A stretch of DNA of 64,000 nucleotides from Candidatus Woesearchaeota archaeon (lineage in GTDB: Archaea > Nanobdellota > Nanobdellia > Woesearchaeales > SKIA01): positions 1,668 to 65,667 of the forward strand of contig JAYVHA010000006.1 in NCBI GenBank assembly GCA_043771635.1. The letters are read 5' to 3'. The position numbers and the translations under genes are program-made. The notes under the pieces were generated by a model. The model made no database searches and was not told the origin of the DNA. It worked only from the letters and a program-made list of their open reading frames with translations. Shown here in pieces: positions 63,760-64,000 of the stretch. The first letter of the stretch is position 1. Each line of letters begins with the position of its first letter.

Positions 63760-64000
63760 CCCTTATGGCGTGAAGCGCGAGAAACGCGGAGAGCCTATAT
63801 CGCTTAAGCCTGCGTTTGAAGAGTACTACCGCGAACTTCTTGGCGACTCGTACGATGAGTTTGTGACAGAACTAGACTACTACTTACCTAAAGCAGTGCG
63901 TATGAACCCGCTCAAAGCAGACCCGCTACTCACGGCAGCGCGCCTTCGCGAGCATTTTACTCTTACGCCAATCCCTTGGGCGCCGCACGCATACTGGGCG
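63737..64000 (+). CDS. NOL1/NOP2/Sun-family RNA cytosine-C5 methyltransferase, N-terminal fragment (runs off the window)
   Basis: The open frame from the ATG at 63737 encodes ...FEEYYRELLGDSYDEFVTELDYYLPKAVRMNPLKADPL...LTPIPWAPHAYW, the conserved N-terminal region of Fmu/NSUN-type archaeal methyltransferases. Confidence 0.55.
   Translation, partial: MSEPAPDTPYGVKREKRGEPISLKPAFEEYYRELLGDSYDEFVTELDYYLPKAVRMNPLKADPLLTAARLREHFTLTPIPWAPHAYWA

Overview
The window looks like an archaeal chromosome segment, judged from a Orc1/Cdc6 homologue, an archaellin-type class III signal peptide, an RtcB with archease, a COG1855 PIN-ATPase-KH protein, archaeal-style TATA boxes and a tRNA with an encoded CCA end. 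GC is about 50% apart from one low-GC block. The organism is probably a small-genome, host- or surface-associated archaeon such as a DPANN-like lineage, because the window is dominated by very large secreted proteins that are saturated with N-glycosylation sequons. The main parts are: (1) 160-5376, a PadR-regulated MacB/FtsX-type ABC exporter operon on the minus strand. (2) 5400-10540, a low-GC island ending at the 3' end of a tRNA-Ser(GCT) gene. It carries a two-methyltransferase restriction-modification locus, with a beta-class DPPY MTase and a Dam-family MTase, a convergent AT-rich candidate endonuclease, and two paralogous small wHTH genes with in-frame 12-nt tandem repeats. (3) 10691-20425, a transglutaminase-like protein, the COG1855 ATPase and two large repeat-rich surface proteins, one with a poly-Gly tail of about 330 aa. 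(4) 20502-38273, housekeeping genes (serS, rtcB with archease, a TsaC/Sua5 YrdC-domain protein, TatD, a ZIP transporter, a VIT1-family transporter, Orc1/Cdc6) mixed with three histidine-phosphatase paralogues, a 1191-aa surface protein and two RelE/ParE-type toxin-antitoxin loci, one of them in an odd arrangement. (5) 38829-61952, a single 23-kb minus-strand ORF of 7707 aa. It has a signal-anchor, an FG-GAP/VCBS-like Ca-binding region, three LamG/ConA-like domains and about 13 alternating repeat units of roughly 320 aa, with 85-90% nucleotide identity between alternate units. It is flanked upstream by a catalytically degenerate tyrosine-recombinase-like 164-aa gene and an archaellin/pilin-like gene, and downstream by a Zn-ribbon protein. 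The giant adhesin-like locus and the family of surface proteins that share its repeat module are the most unusual content.
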